Shown here: one piece after another, positions 19,554 to 29,422 of the stretch
Layout: every line of letters starts with the position of its first letter
Position numbering within the stretch: the stretch's first letter is position 1
IMG/VR virus record: IMGVR_UViG_3300032116_000102
Location: 21,560-85,559 of that record
DNA from: a virus
Reading direction: 5' to 3' (one strand)
Length of the DNA stretch: 64,000 nucleotides
The notes under the pieces: model-generated
Database searches by the model: none
Told to the model about the DNA's origin: nothing
What the model saw: only the letters and a program-made list of their open reading frames with translations
Program-made: the position numbers and the translations under genes

Positions 19554-21548
19554 ATGGCTGGCTTTGAAACACGTGCAATTTGGGGTTCTGATCCGGGACT
19601 CGTATCAGATCGTTTCCGCTACACAGGTGTAAGTGTTCCGCTTCTTGATGAAGAAGCAATTAAACGTATCCAAGAAGGTGCCAAGGAGTTGGAAAAAACA
19701 CCTTTTGCGCCTGCGGAAGATTACCCTGCAATTTCGGAACTCCAGTCACGCGGTCAAGTAGGACTGCCTAGCCCTTCTGAAATTATTGCAATACAAGATA
19801 TTAACCGTCTCAAAGCGTTTGAAGATGTAATAAACCAACGACAACAACCTGTAGTTCCTTCTTCTCTTAATACAAACCAGCTAAACCTCGAGGGAACTAA
19901 TCCATTTGAACCTGGGCGTCAGGCAGCGGAGAAAGAATGGAAACGGCGCATTGATGCAGGTGAACCAGAAGGATCTGTTTTTGATCGCTTAATGAGCGTT
20001 CGCGATAAAGCCATAGAGTGGGACGCAATGAAACAAGGCGCTCTTCAACCAGGGCGTATTGCAGGAATTAAACCAGAACCCAGAAACCTAAATGTTTATA
20101 GCGGTTCGCAGCCAGGGAGTCCCTTTGATAACATGCGGACTTCTCAAGTAGAAGCCGCGCTTAATCAACAAAAAGCAATCTCTGCTGCAGAAAATAATCC
20201 CAATGTTTTCCAGCAACTACTAAATGAAGTCGGCAAAGAACTAAAAGGTGCTGGTTCTGGTATTAAAGAACTTGGGCGCATGGCAGCTGACGTTGTTGTG
20301 CCAAATAGAAATAAAGTTCCTGACTACATGCTCGATGTAGTAGAAACACCTGAATTTATAGAAGCAAAAAAACAACTTAAATTCTTTGGTTCGCTTCCAG
20401 GGGAATCAATTGCTCCTGGTGTTCTTTCTGAAAAACAAAGTCGCTGGCTTGTTGATAACAGACGTACTCCTGTTGTTGGTGGTGGTGCTTTTGGCGCTGT
20501 AATGGTGCCTGAACGCAGCGGAAAGGCATTTAAAGTACAAGAAGGTCAAAGCAAACGATTCCTAGAAAATGAAATTGAAATGGCTTTGCGGACGGCGGAG
20601 CTTGGCCTTGGCCCTCAGGTTCATGCCGCTACTCTTCAGCCAACAGGTAAACCACTTTCTCACTTAGGCAGTTCTGATCCCGAAGGAGAGGCTTATCGTG
20701 CAATCGTGCGGACAGAAGCTGTACCTCATCGCAAATTCAAAGATCTATCTCCCGAAGAACAGCAGTTTTTAGAGCTGGAAAAATTTAAATTAAACGAAGG
20801 TTTATATCGAGGTGGTGTTGAAAATAGGGACAGTCACTTTGAAAACATTTTATTAAATGATGCAACTAAAAAAGCAGTACAAGTAGACTCGGGCTTGGCT
20901 CGTGAGTATGACGCATTTAATGAAGAGCATCTGCAAAATCGTCTTAGAAATATTGTCTACGGTTTAGAAACCGTAGGTCTTAAAGAAGTTGCACGTGATA
21001 CCAGTGAACTTGGTAATGCTTTAATTGATGAAGCCTGGAAAACAAAAACTCCTGAGTTATACGCTGAAGTAGAAAACTTCTTCAACAGAAGTGGAAATAT
21101 CTTAATGAGTCAATCCAGGCCTCTTGCAAAAGCTGTGCCTCCCGCAATTAAAGGAACCAATAAAATCCCTATGTTAAAAACAGGAACAGCTGCTATTGGT
21201 GTAGATGCTCTTCTTGGTTATGCTCTTGGGCAACCCAAAGAACAGGCGGTAGTTGATGCTGTTACCGCACCAATTAGCGCTGATGCAATTGGCGGAATAC
21301 CATTAGCTTCCATTGAACGCCTTGGTCCCAGGGGGGAATTTGTTGATACGCGCACAAATACAGTCCTCAATCCACAAGGTCGTTACACCAACACTGGTAT
21401 TGCAATTAAAGGCGGTAAACCAATCATTGTTCCCCGTGGTTCCGTTGCAGGTGAAGGCAATATCCTGACGCAAGGCGCTGGGGTTCTTCGTAATGCAGCC
21501 AATGTCTGGAAGCAACGTTTAGGTGCATTGGGTATCTTTGGACGTTAA
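19554..21548 (+). CDS. large protein with a protein-kinase-like domain
   Basis: GGGAFGAV (Gly loop), AFK, ENE, RDSHFENILL (catalytic loop), DSGLA (DFG-like). Confidence 0.7.
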   Translation: MAGFETRAIWGSDPGLVSDRFRYTGVSVPLLDEEAIKRIQEGAKELEKTPFAPAEDYPAISELQSRGQVGLPSPSEIIAIQDINRLKAFEDVINQRQQPVVPSSLNTNQLNLEGTNPFEPGRQAAEKEWKRRIDAGEPEGSVFDRLMSVRDKAIEWDAMKQGALQPGRIAGIKPEPRNLNVYSGSQPGSPFDNMRTSQVEAALNQQKAISAAENNPNVFQQLLNEVGKELKGAGSGIKELGRMAADVVVPNRNKVPDYMLDVVETPEFIEAKKQLKFFGSLPGESIAPGVLSEKQSRWLVDNRRTPVVGGGAFGAVMVPERSGKAFKVQEGQSKRFLENEIEMALRTAELGLGPQVHAATLQPTGKPLSHLGSSDPEGEAYRAIVRTEAVPHRKFKDLSPEEQQFLELEKFKLNEGLYRGGVENRDSHFENILLNDATKKAVQVDSGLAREYDAFNEEHLQNRLRNIVYGLETVGLKEVARDTSELGNALIDEAWKTKTPELYAEVENFFNRSGNILMSQSRPLAKAVPPAIKGTNKIPMLKTGTAAIGVDALLGYALGQPKEQAVVDAVTAPISADAIGGIPLASIERLGPRGEFVDTRTNTVLNPQGRYTNTGIAIKGGKPIIVPRGSVAGEGNILTQGAGVLRNAANVWKQRLGALGIFGR

Positions 21549-21799
21549 CTAACCCAGTGCTCAAGCCTGTGGCAGTTGCAGCAAAGCGGGATGCATTTCT
21601 CGATCTCTTGCTCGACCCTGCTCCAGGCGTAGCCATGATTCACCATGCTTGAGATGTTGTTATCCTTATCACCTACGTGGTGGAACTCAAGGACACGGTG
21701 ATCATCCAACCCACACTGCTTGCACTCCAAAGTCTTCTTGTACTCCAGAAGCTTTTGTCGGTTTTTATCGATACGTTTTTTGGCATCAACCCAAGCCAC
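21545..21799 (-). CDS. small HNH protein
   Basis: CKQCG..LEFHH..CIPLCCNCHRLEH. Confidence 0.8.
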   Translation of the reverse strand: MAWVDAKKRIDKNRQKLLEYKKTLECKQCGLDDHRVLEFHHVGDKDNNISSMVNHGYAWSRVEQEIEKCIPLCCNCHRLEHWVS

Positions 21800-21874
21800 G
21801 TATAGTTTTTTGTCAGACGTACATATAATTTATCAGTATTCTTGATAAACGCAATTTATTAGGATTCTCGATAA

Positions 21875-21948
21875 TCGGAGATGCAGGATTTGAACCTGCG
21901 ACCCATTGCTCCCAAAGCAATTGCGCTACCAAGCTGCGCTAATCCCCG
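21875..21948 (-). tRNA. trnP: tRNA-Pro(TGG), CCA not encoded
   Basis: CGGGGATTAGCGCAGCTTGGTAGCGC-ATTGC-TTTGGGA-GCAAT..GCAGGTTCAAATCCTGC. Confidence 0.95.
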
Positions 21949-22214
21949 TTAAAGGGCAAGGATGTCCGCCTACGATGAGCGACTTGGCAGCTTATGCTGA
22001 AGCTAGTTTCGCCATTTTACGATGCGGCCGAGGGGATCCTTCGTTTAATGCAACGTTCCTTGTTGCACCCTTGATAATAGATGGAGCAAGTGTGATACAC
22101 CTCAAGGATGTAACAGGGACTTGCCCTCTATCTCAACCAGGGAAGGTGACCCGCAACCAACGACGGACCTCAGAACTGGCTGACTGCCCCATCGAAAAGA
22201 GAGGGGGAACGCAA

Positions 22215-22850
22215 TTATTCTACATGCTTCACTTCGTACATGTAATGGTCTGAGGTCTCCAGCTTCCTTTTGTTTTCAACGGAGTACACTGTCATGTCAA
22301 TCTCATATCCTGGGTTCTCCTTGATTCGATTGAAGGTCCAGGCATTGTCGTACCAGATGATTCGGTTATTGGGATACGCGTAGTAATTACCGCTCTCCAT
22401 CTTGAAGAGGTGCGCACATTTATGCTCAGGCGTCTCTGAGAAACTAAAGTCGGTGGTACCCTTATTCTCCCATGACCAGTCAAGGGTAAACATGTAAGCC
22501 CCAAGAGCTTTCTCGCCGTTGGGTTTGATCAACTCCGCCTGCAAGCCAGCGAGGCGAGCCCGTTTCTGCACATCAATATAAGGGGAGAAACAATCCCAAT
22601 ACATCACATCTTCCAGCGGTTCGATGGGTGCATCAGGCTTCCAGCAGAAGGCATGCAGTGGGCGCCGTGTCCAATTCACACCGTTCTCAAGGAATGCTTC
22701 AAAGAGGGGCACACGCTTTTCAATGCTGGCAACAGAGTGCACGTCACATTTTGTTACTTCGCCGTGACCCTGCTTGTGGTTGTAGAGAAACTCATTACGG
22801 ATGTAGCAAGACCAATCGGGAAGATTGTGATTCAAATACGCCACGCACAA
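22215..22850 (-). CDS. conserved phage hypothetical protein
   Basis: YIRNEFLYNH..WDCFS..PEHKCAH..YPNNRIIW. Confidence 0.7.
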   Translation of the reverse strand: MCVAYLNHNLPDWSCYIRNEFLYNHKQGHGEVTKCDVHSVASIEKRVPLFEAFLENGVNWTRRPLHAFCWKPDAPIEPLEDVMYWDCFSPYIDVQKRARLAGLQAELIKPNGEKALGAYMFTLDWSWENKGTTDFSFSETPEHKCAHLFKMESGNYYAYPNNRIIWYDNAWTFNRIKENPGYEIDMTVYSVENKRKLETSDHYMYEVKHVE

Positions 22851-22875
22851 AAAATCCCGGTTGTTATACCGGGAT
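22849..22875 (-). terminator. intrinsic terminator
   Basis: ATCCCGGT-ATAACA-ACCGGGAT then T-run on the minus strand. Confidence 0.75.
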
Positions 22876-22976
22876 CATAACTTCCTTCTCGCTCAACCGC
22901 TGTAAGCACCACGTTCGTAACGTGGAAGGGGTTTCGACTATTACCCCTAGAGCGGTATTGCTCCGCTGTCAGGATA

Positions 22977-23177
22977 TCATGACTTTGATTGTTTGTAACG
23001 CCGGGCTGCACGACCAGCTAATTTTGCTTTCTGGGTGTTCGGTACAAATTGCTTGCCCTCGCGACTAGCGGCGCGTTTCTTTTGGTCTGTCTCCGCACGT
23101 TCTTCTGGGGATAAGGAGGCCCAGGCGCTCTCTGGTAGGTATCGCTTGGTGTATCCCTTTTGAATTGCTTTATCCAT
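22977..23177 (-). CDS. basic hypothetical protein (DUF5872-associated)
   Basis: RYLPESAWASLSPEER..GKQFVPNT. Confidence 0.65.
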   Translation of the reverse strand: MDKAIQKGYTKRYLPESAWASLSPEERAETDQKKRAASREGKQFVPNTQKAKLAGRAARRYKQSKS

Positions 23178-23458
23178 TACTTTGAATCTTTGTATTTCTG
23201 CGCAGCAGACTTAGCTTGTTTCCTTTTTTCATACTCATCTTTCGTCATCCAAGATTCACGGCCCCACTTCTCTAAAGACTTTTGCTTCTCTCCTTTGCCG
23301 CCTTTGTATCCGCCACCAGCTTTTTTATACTCCTGAGCTACAAGCTGAGCCTTACGCCCGGACCATTGACCTGGTTTCCCTCCACGAGAGCCAGACATTA
23401 CGCGATCTTTGATGCGTTCGCGCAACTCTGGTTTGGTATATTTATTCTCCTGAGACAT
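23177..23458 (-). CDS. DUF5872-like basic protein
   Basis: YTKPELRERIK..GGKPGQWSGRKAQL..YKKAGGGY. Confidence 0.7.
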   Translation of the reverse strand: MSQENKYTKPELRERIKDRVMSGSRGGKPGQWSGRKAQLVAQEYKKAGGGYKGGKGEKQKSLEKWGRESWMTKDEYEKRKQAKSAAQKYKDSK

Positions 23459-24023
23459 CAGGATTATCTTTACGTTCTTTTAGTATTTTAGCCCACTTGC
23501 ACTCCTTAGCATTTACCGCCCAGTTCGCAGGCGGATTAGGGATTAATTTTTCTAAATCCCAAAAATATTTTTGGAGGCGATCAGCCTCCGTTAAACGATG
23601 ACGCTCTGGCTTAGCCAAGATCTTGGGGTGAAGGTAAGTTACCTGTCTTTGATTTAGAGCCAAAGCGCTGCATAATCTCATCCATTGATTCAATACTTTC
23701 GCAACGAACCAAAAGATCGGAGAGTGTTGCGATGGTCATCGAATGTTCCGACCGCGATGCAAACGCCAGTGCATCACGCAGATGGTGAATTGCTTGCTCC
23801 ACTGATTCCTTGACTTGAGTCGAGAGAGACATCTGAGCTTCCGTTGGTTGTTTGGTCAGTATAAACGTTGTTGTCATTGGCTTGCCTCGATAGCAATAAA
23901 CTTTCCAAAAGCTTGTTGTGGTTTGCGACCAGGGTTTTGCCCTCTTCTATCGCTTGGATATAGTCTGGCAGTTTTTCCATTTAGATCAAATACGGAGAAC
24001 TCGAATGAACAGTGCGGTTTACT

Positions 24024-24761
24024 TTAATTCCCTAGGTGGGTCAAGAGAATATTGTAGAGTCCGATGCGATCATACCCACGCATGCTGAACTCATAACAGA
24101 TGTTTGTGGTGTCGCAGTCCCAGGAATCTGTCCATGGGTTAATGCCTGAGAAGCGGGCGCCTTCTGCAAAAGGTTTCCCTCGATAAATACAAAAACAATT
24201 AAATGTTGCCACTACATCCAGGCGGGGTGGCATCTCATAAATTCTGGGGCCTTTGAAGATATCATCCTCAACGGAAAGGCGGGTGGCCCAGCTGTCATAA
24301 ATCCAACGATGACTTTGGATGTTCATGGGATGCACGCTGTAAGGCGATGCAATGTCGTCATCGGTAAAGAAAAGCTGACTAATTTCCTCCGGATCAAAGT
24401 CAATGTCAGGTTCAATGAATAAAACTTTGTCGTACTGCTTGAGTCCAACTTCTTGTTCAGCTTTTTCCAGGCATTCATTCCGTGCCTCAGCTAAATACTT
24501 GACGCGATCCTCGGCACGCACTGAGCCAAAGTAAGGCCAGTCCTTTTTGACACACTGGATCCAGACCTTGTTAAGTTCAGCCTTTAGTTCGGGTTCGATC
24601 ATCTGCAGATAATCAACACTGCCGTCGTCTGAATCGTTTTCAAAAACGGAAAGATCAAATGTGATGCCAGGGTTTTCGTCCTTGAGGCAAAGGATTTGAT
24701 CCTTCCATCCAAACAGGAATGGTTCCCTGTTGCGAATAATGCTGCAAATCAGTATCCGCAT
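24024..24761 (-). CDS. GT-A fold glycosyltransferase
   Basis: SIIRN..FENDSDD..LAEARN..IEPD..YDSWA..FNCFCIY. Confidence 0.75.
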   Translation of the reverse strand: MRILICSIIRNREPFLFGWKDQILCLKDENPGITFDLSVFENDSDDGSVDYLQMIEPELKAELNKVWIQCVKKDWPYFGSVRAEDRVKYLAEARNECLEKAEQEVGLKQYDKVLFIEPDIDFDPEEISQLFFTDDDIASPYSVHPMNIQSHRWIYDSWATRLSVEDDIFKGPRIYEMPPRLDVVATFNCFCIYRGKPFAEGARFSGINPWTDSWDCDTTNICYEFSMRGYDRIGLYNILLTHLGN

Positions 24762-25951
24762 CGGTCCATTACTTTCGAGAGTTCTTTGATGTCGGCTTCT
24801 TTAATGAAGTGGTTATTGCCGATGTAAAACGAATGGGTATGCATCCGCTCGCTATTGGGCAGAGGAATCAACGATTCGTAGTCCTCCATGAAGGGCTGAC
24901 GTAGGAGGTTGCCCACCAGGAACGGACGGGTCTCAATGCCAATCAATTGGAGAAACTTCTTGATTTCAAACGCAATGTCGGGATCTGTGCAATGGAATGG
25001 AAGGGTCATGGCACTGTTACCGGTCGGCTCGGGCAGCGTGTCGAACCAAGGGCGACCCATCATTTCTTTTCGGAACGTCACATAGTTTTTGCTGCGTTGT
25101 TCATTCCAGCTGTCTAGCTTTTTAAGTTGGACGCGCCCCAGGACTGCCCCGGTTTCAACGTTACGGAAGTTGTATCCCTTGGTGGGAAACAGGAACGTAG
25201 GGTCAATGTCCGGATATTTCTCTTGGATTTCGGTTCGATAGGCAGGCAGCATTTCACGCGACAAACCATGAGAACGCTTGGCACGCAAGAGGTTATATAG
25301 TTTTTCGTTTTGTACGCAAATCATGCCACCTTCAATGGTGGTCATGTGATGCCCAAAGTAAAACGAGAAGGTTGAGCCGATGCCTGTATTGCCAACCTTG
25401 ACACCGGTTTTGGCATCACGGGCACCATGTGATTCACAGCAGTCTTCAATAATGGCGGCATGGGGCCACAGTTCCTTAATCCTCTCCATGTCGTTGGAGA
25501 TGCCAAGGACGTGTGTCAGGTAGATAACATCAGGCTGGAGTCCTTTCAGAGATAACTGATGGACTGACTCAGGCGTTGGACTATAAGTCTCGTAATCAAT
25601 GTCATAAAAATACACATTGTGGTTCTGTTGGCAGAACGTCGAGATGTTTGTGGCCCAGTTAATGGCTGGGGCAAAGATAGTCAGCTGTTTTTTGGTTGGG
25701 AAATAATACTCATGTATTGCATCAAGCAGTAGGAAGTTGGCGACAGAACCGTTGGCTACATACAAGGAATACGGTGCACCCTGCCATTCACTCCACTCGT
25801 TCTCAAATTGCCGACACTCCGGGCCATTAGTAAAACGGTCGGAAGTCAAAATAAATTTTGTCAGCGCCAGGCGCTCTTTCCAACCGATGGTGTTTTTCTG
25901 GAGGGGCCAATCAAACACCGAGTAAGCCGTCATAACCAAACGTCGTTTCAA
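24749..25951 (-). CDS. DegT/DnrJ-family PLP enzyme, ColD/RfbH-type 3-dehydratase
   Basis: IEDCCESHGA; FSFYFGHHMTTIEGG with His at the usual Schiff-base Lys position. Confidence 0.85.
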   Translation of the reverse strand: MKRRLVMTAYSVFDWPLQKNTIGWKERLALTKFILTSDRFTNGPECRQFENEWSEWQGAPYSLYVANGSVANFLLLDAIHEYYFPTKKQLTIFAPAINWATNISTFCQQNHNVYFYDIDYETYSPTPESVHQLSLKGLQPDVIYLTHVLGISNDMERIKELWPHAAIIEDCCESHGARDAKTGVKVGNTGIGSTFSFYFGHHMTTIEGGMICVQNEKLYNLLRAKRSHGLSREMLPAYRTEIQEKYPDIDPTFLFPTKGYNFRNVETGAVLGRVQLKKLDSWNEQRSKNYVTFRKEMMGRPWFDTLPEPTGNSAMTLPFHCTDPDIAFEIKKFLQLIGIETRPFLVGNLLRQPFMEDYESLIPLPNSERMHTHSFYIGNNHFIKEADIKELSKVMDRCGY

Positions 25952-25982
25952 TGGTTATACTTTAACCACGCAGATATGGCAA

Positions 25983-27005
25983 ATGAAACGCGCATTAATT
26001 ACCGGAATTACCGGCCAAGATGGTGCCTATTTGGCACGAAACCTGATCGATAATGGCTACAAAGTCTGCGGTGTTGTTAGAAACCACACGCAACCAAACC
26101 ATCTCAACAAGCTGAAATGGGTTTTTGGTGGTGACATCCCAGGGGATGTTCAGCTGGAATACTCTGATCTGACTGATGCGCCATCTTTGACCAGGGTTGT
26201 CCAGGACTTTGTGCCTGATGAGGTCTATAACTTGGCTGCCCAAAGCCATGTTGGCGTCAGCTTTAAGTCTCCCGTCAGCACTGCTTCTGCAAATGCCATC
26301 GGTGTCATGAATGTCCTGGAGGCATGCCGGGCCGGGTCTTCTAATCCACGGTTCTACCAGGCATCAACCTCCGAGATGTTTGGGAAAGTCCAGTCGTTCC
26401 CGCAAAATGAAGAGACCGGCTTCTATCCCAGGAGTCCCTATGGTGTCGCCAAGCTCTTTGGCTACTGGCTGACGGTGAATTACCGTGAGAGCTACGACAT
26501 GTTTGGTGCAAACGGAATCCTCTTCAATCATGAGAGCCCAATCCGTGGTGATAACTTTGTCACTAAGAAAATTACTAAAGGATTAGTTTCTGTTATCAGA
26601 GGTAAACTTCCTGTTCTTGAGCTGGGAAACCTGGAGGCAAAACGTGACTGGGGCCATGCCAAAGACTATGTCGATGCCATGCGTCTGATCTTGCAACAAT
26701 CACAGCCCAAAGACTATGTCATTGCAAGTGGCATCCAGCACAGCGTTCGGCAATTCTGTGAAATTGCCGCTGACTACTTGGATCTTGGCTTGGAATGGCG
26801 GGGGGAAGGCGTCAATGAAACTGGGTACAGCACCAAGCTGGATAAGACGATCATCACCATCAACCCTCAGTTCTATCGTCCGGCTGAAGTTGATACTCTC
26901 CTGGGTGACTGCACCAAGGCGCATCGGGAACTTGGTTGGGAGCCTCGAATCTCCTTTGAAGACATGGTAAAAGAGATGATCACCTACGATCTAGCAACCG
27001 TCTAA
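25983..27005 (+). CDS. gmd: GDP-mannose 4,6-dehydratase
   Basis: ALITGITGQDGAYLA; YNLAAQSHV; QASTSE; PRSPYGVAK; RDWGHAKDY. Confidence 0.97.
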   Translation: MKRALITGITGQDGAYLARNLIDNGYKVCGVVRNHTQPNHLNKLKWVFGGDIPGDVQLEYSDLTDAPSLTRVVQDFVPDEVYNLAAQSHVGVSFKSPVSTASANAIGVMNVLEACRAGSSNPRFYQASTSEMFGKVQSFPQNEETGFYPRSPYGVAKLFGYWLTVNYRESYDMFGANGILFNHESPIRGDNFVTKKITKGLVSVIRGKLPVLELGNLEAKRDWGHAKDYVDAMRLILQQSQPKDYVIASGIQHSVRQFCEIAADYLDLGLEWRGEGVNETGYSTKLDKTIITINPQFYRPAEVDTLLGDCTKAHRELGWEPRISFEDMVKEMITYDLATV

Positions 27006-27422
27006 AGGTCAATGCGTAGATACAGCTCGCCTTCTTGGATCAACTTTTCCTCGAAGGCAGCTGCTTCTTGCGTTTCAATATCGTTAAAGGCCACACCATT
27101 GCGGCTTCGGTGTTCAAGCCTTATAAACGACTTGAGATCAAGGCTTGGATCACAGTAATAGAAACGAGTAATGTTGCAAGACATACAGTCAAAGCTTCCC
27201 AGTTCAATTTGATGGCAATCCAAACGATTTGCAGGAGGACCCCCAGGCAGCCCCACCACCCCTCAATCGAAAGCCTAATGCGCGTCAATGGATCCAATGG
27301 GGGACTAGCTCAACGACGACTGTAATGAGCATAGACAATAAAATAGTCAAAACGATGAGCTTGAATTCCTGCATTCTTAGTTTTATATCTGCTACATTGT
27401 AACCAATATACAAAACCTGTTA

Positions 27423-28277
27423 ATGGTTGCTAAACTGAATACATCAGATCCTTGGATTCAAGCCAAAGAAGAGCAACCGGAAGTAATGCGGTCGATTAAT
27501 CGGACCGCAGCCAGGATAACACTTAACGGAAAACGTCACTACACAACTCCGTTACCCACTGGACCTGCACCGTCCGTAACCACTATCATCAGCGAGACAG
27601 CTTCCGAAGCAAACAAACGGAAGCTTGAAATGTGGTCGAAAGCAAATCCAGGTGTCAAAGAACAAGCAGCCGAGCGGGGCACTGCCATTCACTATGGTAT
27701 GGAGCAGTACCTCAAAGGGAATAAAACGCCGGAAATCAAAGATGAATATGCGGACTTTTGGGCTGGCATGCCGGCGATTCTGGATCAATTCCAGGAAATC
27801 CTTTGGGCCGAGTCTCCAGTTCTGGATAAGTTTGACTTTACTATTGGTGCTGATGACGTTGCTCGCGTCTGGGGTTGTGACGGAGAAGGACGCGCTTGGG
27901 CTGGTGCTCCTGATATTATTGCTGTGGCTAACAATAAGCTGACGCTTGCTGACTTAAAAACCAGCGTCAAACCCTATAGCCGCAAGTGGCCTAAAGACCT
28001 GGAAAAAGGTTCGCCTGAATGGCGTGATCTCCTCGGGGGTCATCTTAAATTCAAAAAGACTTGCAAACAACTCGCTGCGTATGATATAGCTATTACCCAG
28101 ACATTGGGAATAAAAGTTCAACAAGCAGCAATCCTAGTTTCTACACCAGTAAGAACTCAGGTTTTTAAAATATCACGCAGGTTCTTAGACTCTTTGCATG
28201 AAGATTGGTACAAAATTGTTGAAGAGTATTATGCGCAAATAGAAAATTGCAATGCGTATGACCCTGATCTAATTTAA
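27423..28277 (+). CDS. PD-(D/E)XK exonuclease
   Basis: PSVTTII..RGTAIH..AGAPD..ADLKTS..QLAAY. Confidence 0.85.
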   Translation: MVAKLNTSDPWIQAKEEQPEVMRSINRTAARITLNGKRHYTTPLPTGPAPSVTTIISETASEANKRKLEMWSKANPGVKEQAAERGTAIHYGMEQYLKGNKTPEIKDEYADFWAGMPAILDQFQEILWAESPVLDKFDFTIGADDVARVWGCDGEGRAWAGAPDIIAVANNKLTLADLKTSVKPYSRKWPKDLEKGSPEWRDLLGGHLKFKKTCKQLAAYDIAITQTLGIKVQQAAILVSTPVRTQVFKISRRFLDSLHEDWYKIVEEYYAQIENCNAYDPDLI

Positions 28278-28280
28278 AAA

Positions 28281-28775
28281 ATGCAAAACAAAGTCTGTAC
28301 AATTTGCAAAGAATTAAAAGATTTGTCTTGCTTTAGCAAAGCGGGCAGAAAAGACGCTTTACGTAGTAATTGTAAAACTTGTGACGCTAAAAAGTATAAA
28401 GAATGGAAAAATAAAAATAGAACAAAATATCTACGTAGTTCTAGTAATTCTGGATTAAAAATACGATATGGAATCGGGCTTGAAGAATATGAAAAACTTT
28501 TAGCGCAGCAAAACCATAGCTGTAAAATTTGTGGAACAAAAAAACCTGGCAGAAAAGATGTTAAAAGATTTGCTGTAGATCATTGCCATAAGACAAACAA
28601 AATCAGAGGCTTGCTTTGCATGGCATGCAATACTGCAATAGGACTGTTAAACGAAGACCCAAAACTTTTTGATGCTGCTCAAAACTATTTGAGAGAGCAT
28701 CGAGCAGACCCTTGGTATGAAAGTACAACAGGCGGCAATCTTGGTATCGACGCCTGTTCGTACTCAAGTCTTTAA
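28281..28775 (+). CDS. endonuclease VII-type homing endonuclease
   Basis: CKICG..VDHCH..IRGLLCMACNTAIG; AT-rich. Confidence 0.9.
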   Translation: MQNKVCTICKELKDLSCFSKAGRKDALRSNCKTCDAKKYKEWKNKNRTKYLRSSSNSGLKIRYGIGLEEYEKLLAQQNHSCKICGTKKPGRKDVKRFAVDHCHKTNKIRGLLCMACNTAIGLLNEDPKLFDAAQNYLREHRADPWYESTTGGNLGIDACSYSSL

Positions 28776-28884
28776 GATCTCCAGGCGATTCCTGGATTCC
28801 TTACGGGATGATTGGCTCAAGATCGTTGCCGAGTACTACACCCAAATTGAAAATTGTGGTGTTTATGACCCTGATCTCATTTGA
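28699..28884 (+). pseudogene. displaced 3' end of the exonuclease gene (61 codons plus stop)
   Basis: Translates IEQTLGMKVQQAAILVSTPVRTQVFKISRRFLDSLRDDW...YDPDLI*, 52/61 identical to 28092-28277. Confidence 0.95.
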
Positions 28885-29382
28885 TCACTGGAAGCCGTAG
28901 TTCATGTTGCTGCCCAGTCCAATATTTGGAGTGGTGCCGAGTCCAATATTGGGTTTGGTGCCAAGGGCGGAACCGGTTTGTGCAGCAACCGACTGCGAAC
29001 GCATCTGGTCCAGCATGTTCATGTAGCTGGACTGAGTACCAGTGCTGCCGCCAAGCTGAGTTGGTTTCGCTGCGCCACTGGGAGTTGGCTTGGTAGGAGC
29101 AGGACGCTTGGGCGCTGCAGTTGCACCGGTCGTTGGACGTGCTCCTGCTTTACCTTTGTTTTCTACTGCGCGACGCACTGGTTTTTCAGCCGGGCGAGCC
29201 GCTGGTTTTGGAGTACGTGCAGTAGGTGCCGCAGCTTGGCGTGGAGCTGGGGTGCCGGCTTTGGCAGTTGGGCGCTTGGCTTCTTGTTTTTTCGTAGGTG
29301 CTGGCATTGCTTTCTTGCCTGCTTTATCAACAGCACCCTTGACAGGTTCTTTGCGTGCTGCGCCGGTACGCTTCTCTTTCAT
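28885..29382 (-). CDS. Lys/Ala/Pro-rich basic protein
   Basis: Low-complexity composition resembling histone H1. Confidence 0.55.
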   Translation of the reverse strand: MKEKRTGAARKEPVKGAVDKAGKKAMPAPTKKQEAKRPTAKAGTPAPRQAAAPTARTPKPAARPAEKPVRRAVENKGKAGARPTTGATAAPKRPAPTKPTPSGAAKPTQLGGSTGTQSSYMNMLDQMRSQSVAAQTGSALGTKPNIGLGTTPNIGLGSNMNYGFQ

Positions 29383-29422
29383 GGTTATAAAACTTATAAA
29401 CTAATTATATCGAAACAACGTT

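Noticed and set aside
22925-22975. Hammerhead ribozyme (CTGA...GAAA) or tmRNA-like GGTTTCGAC
   Set aside because: Core reads CTGACAG rather than CUGANGA, the stems do not fit, and there is no tRNA-like domain.
27423-28884. Duplicated exonuclease end as a DGR template/variable repeat pair
   Set aside because: Differences are mostly synonymous and not adenine-specific, and no reverse transcriptase is present.
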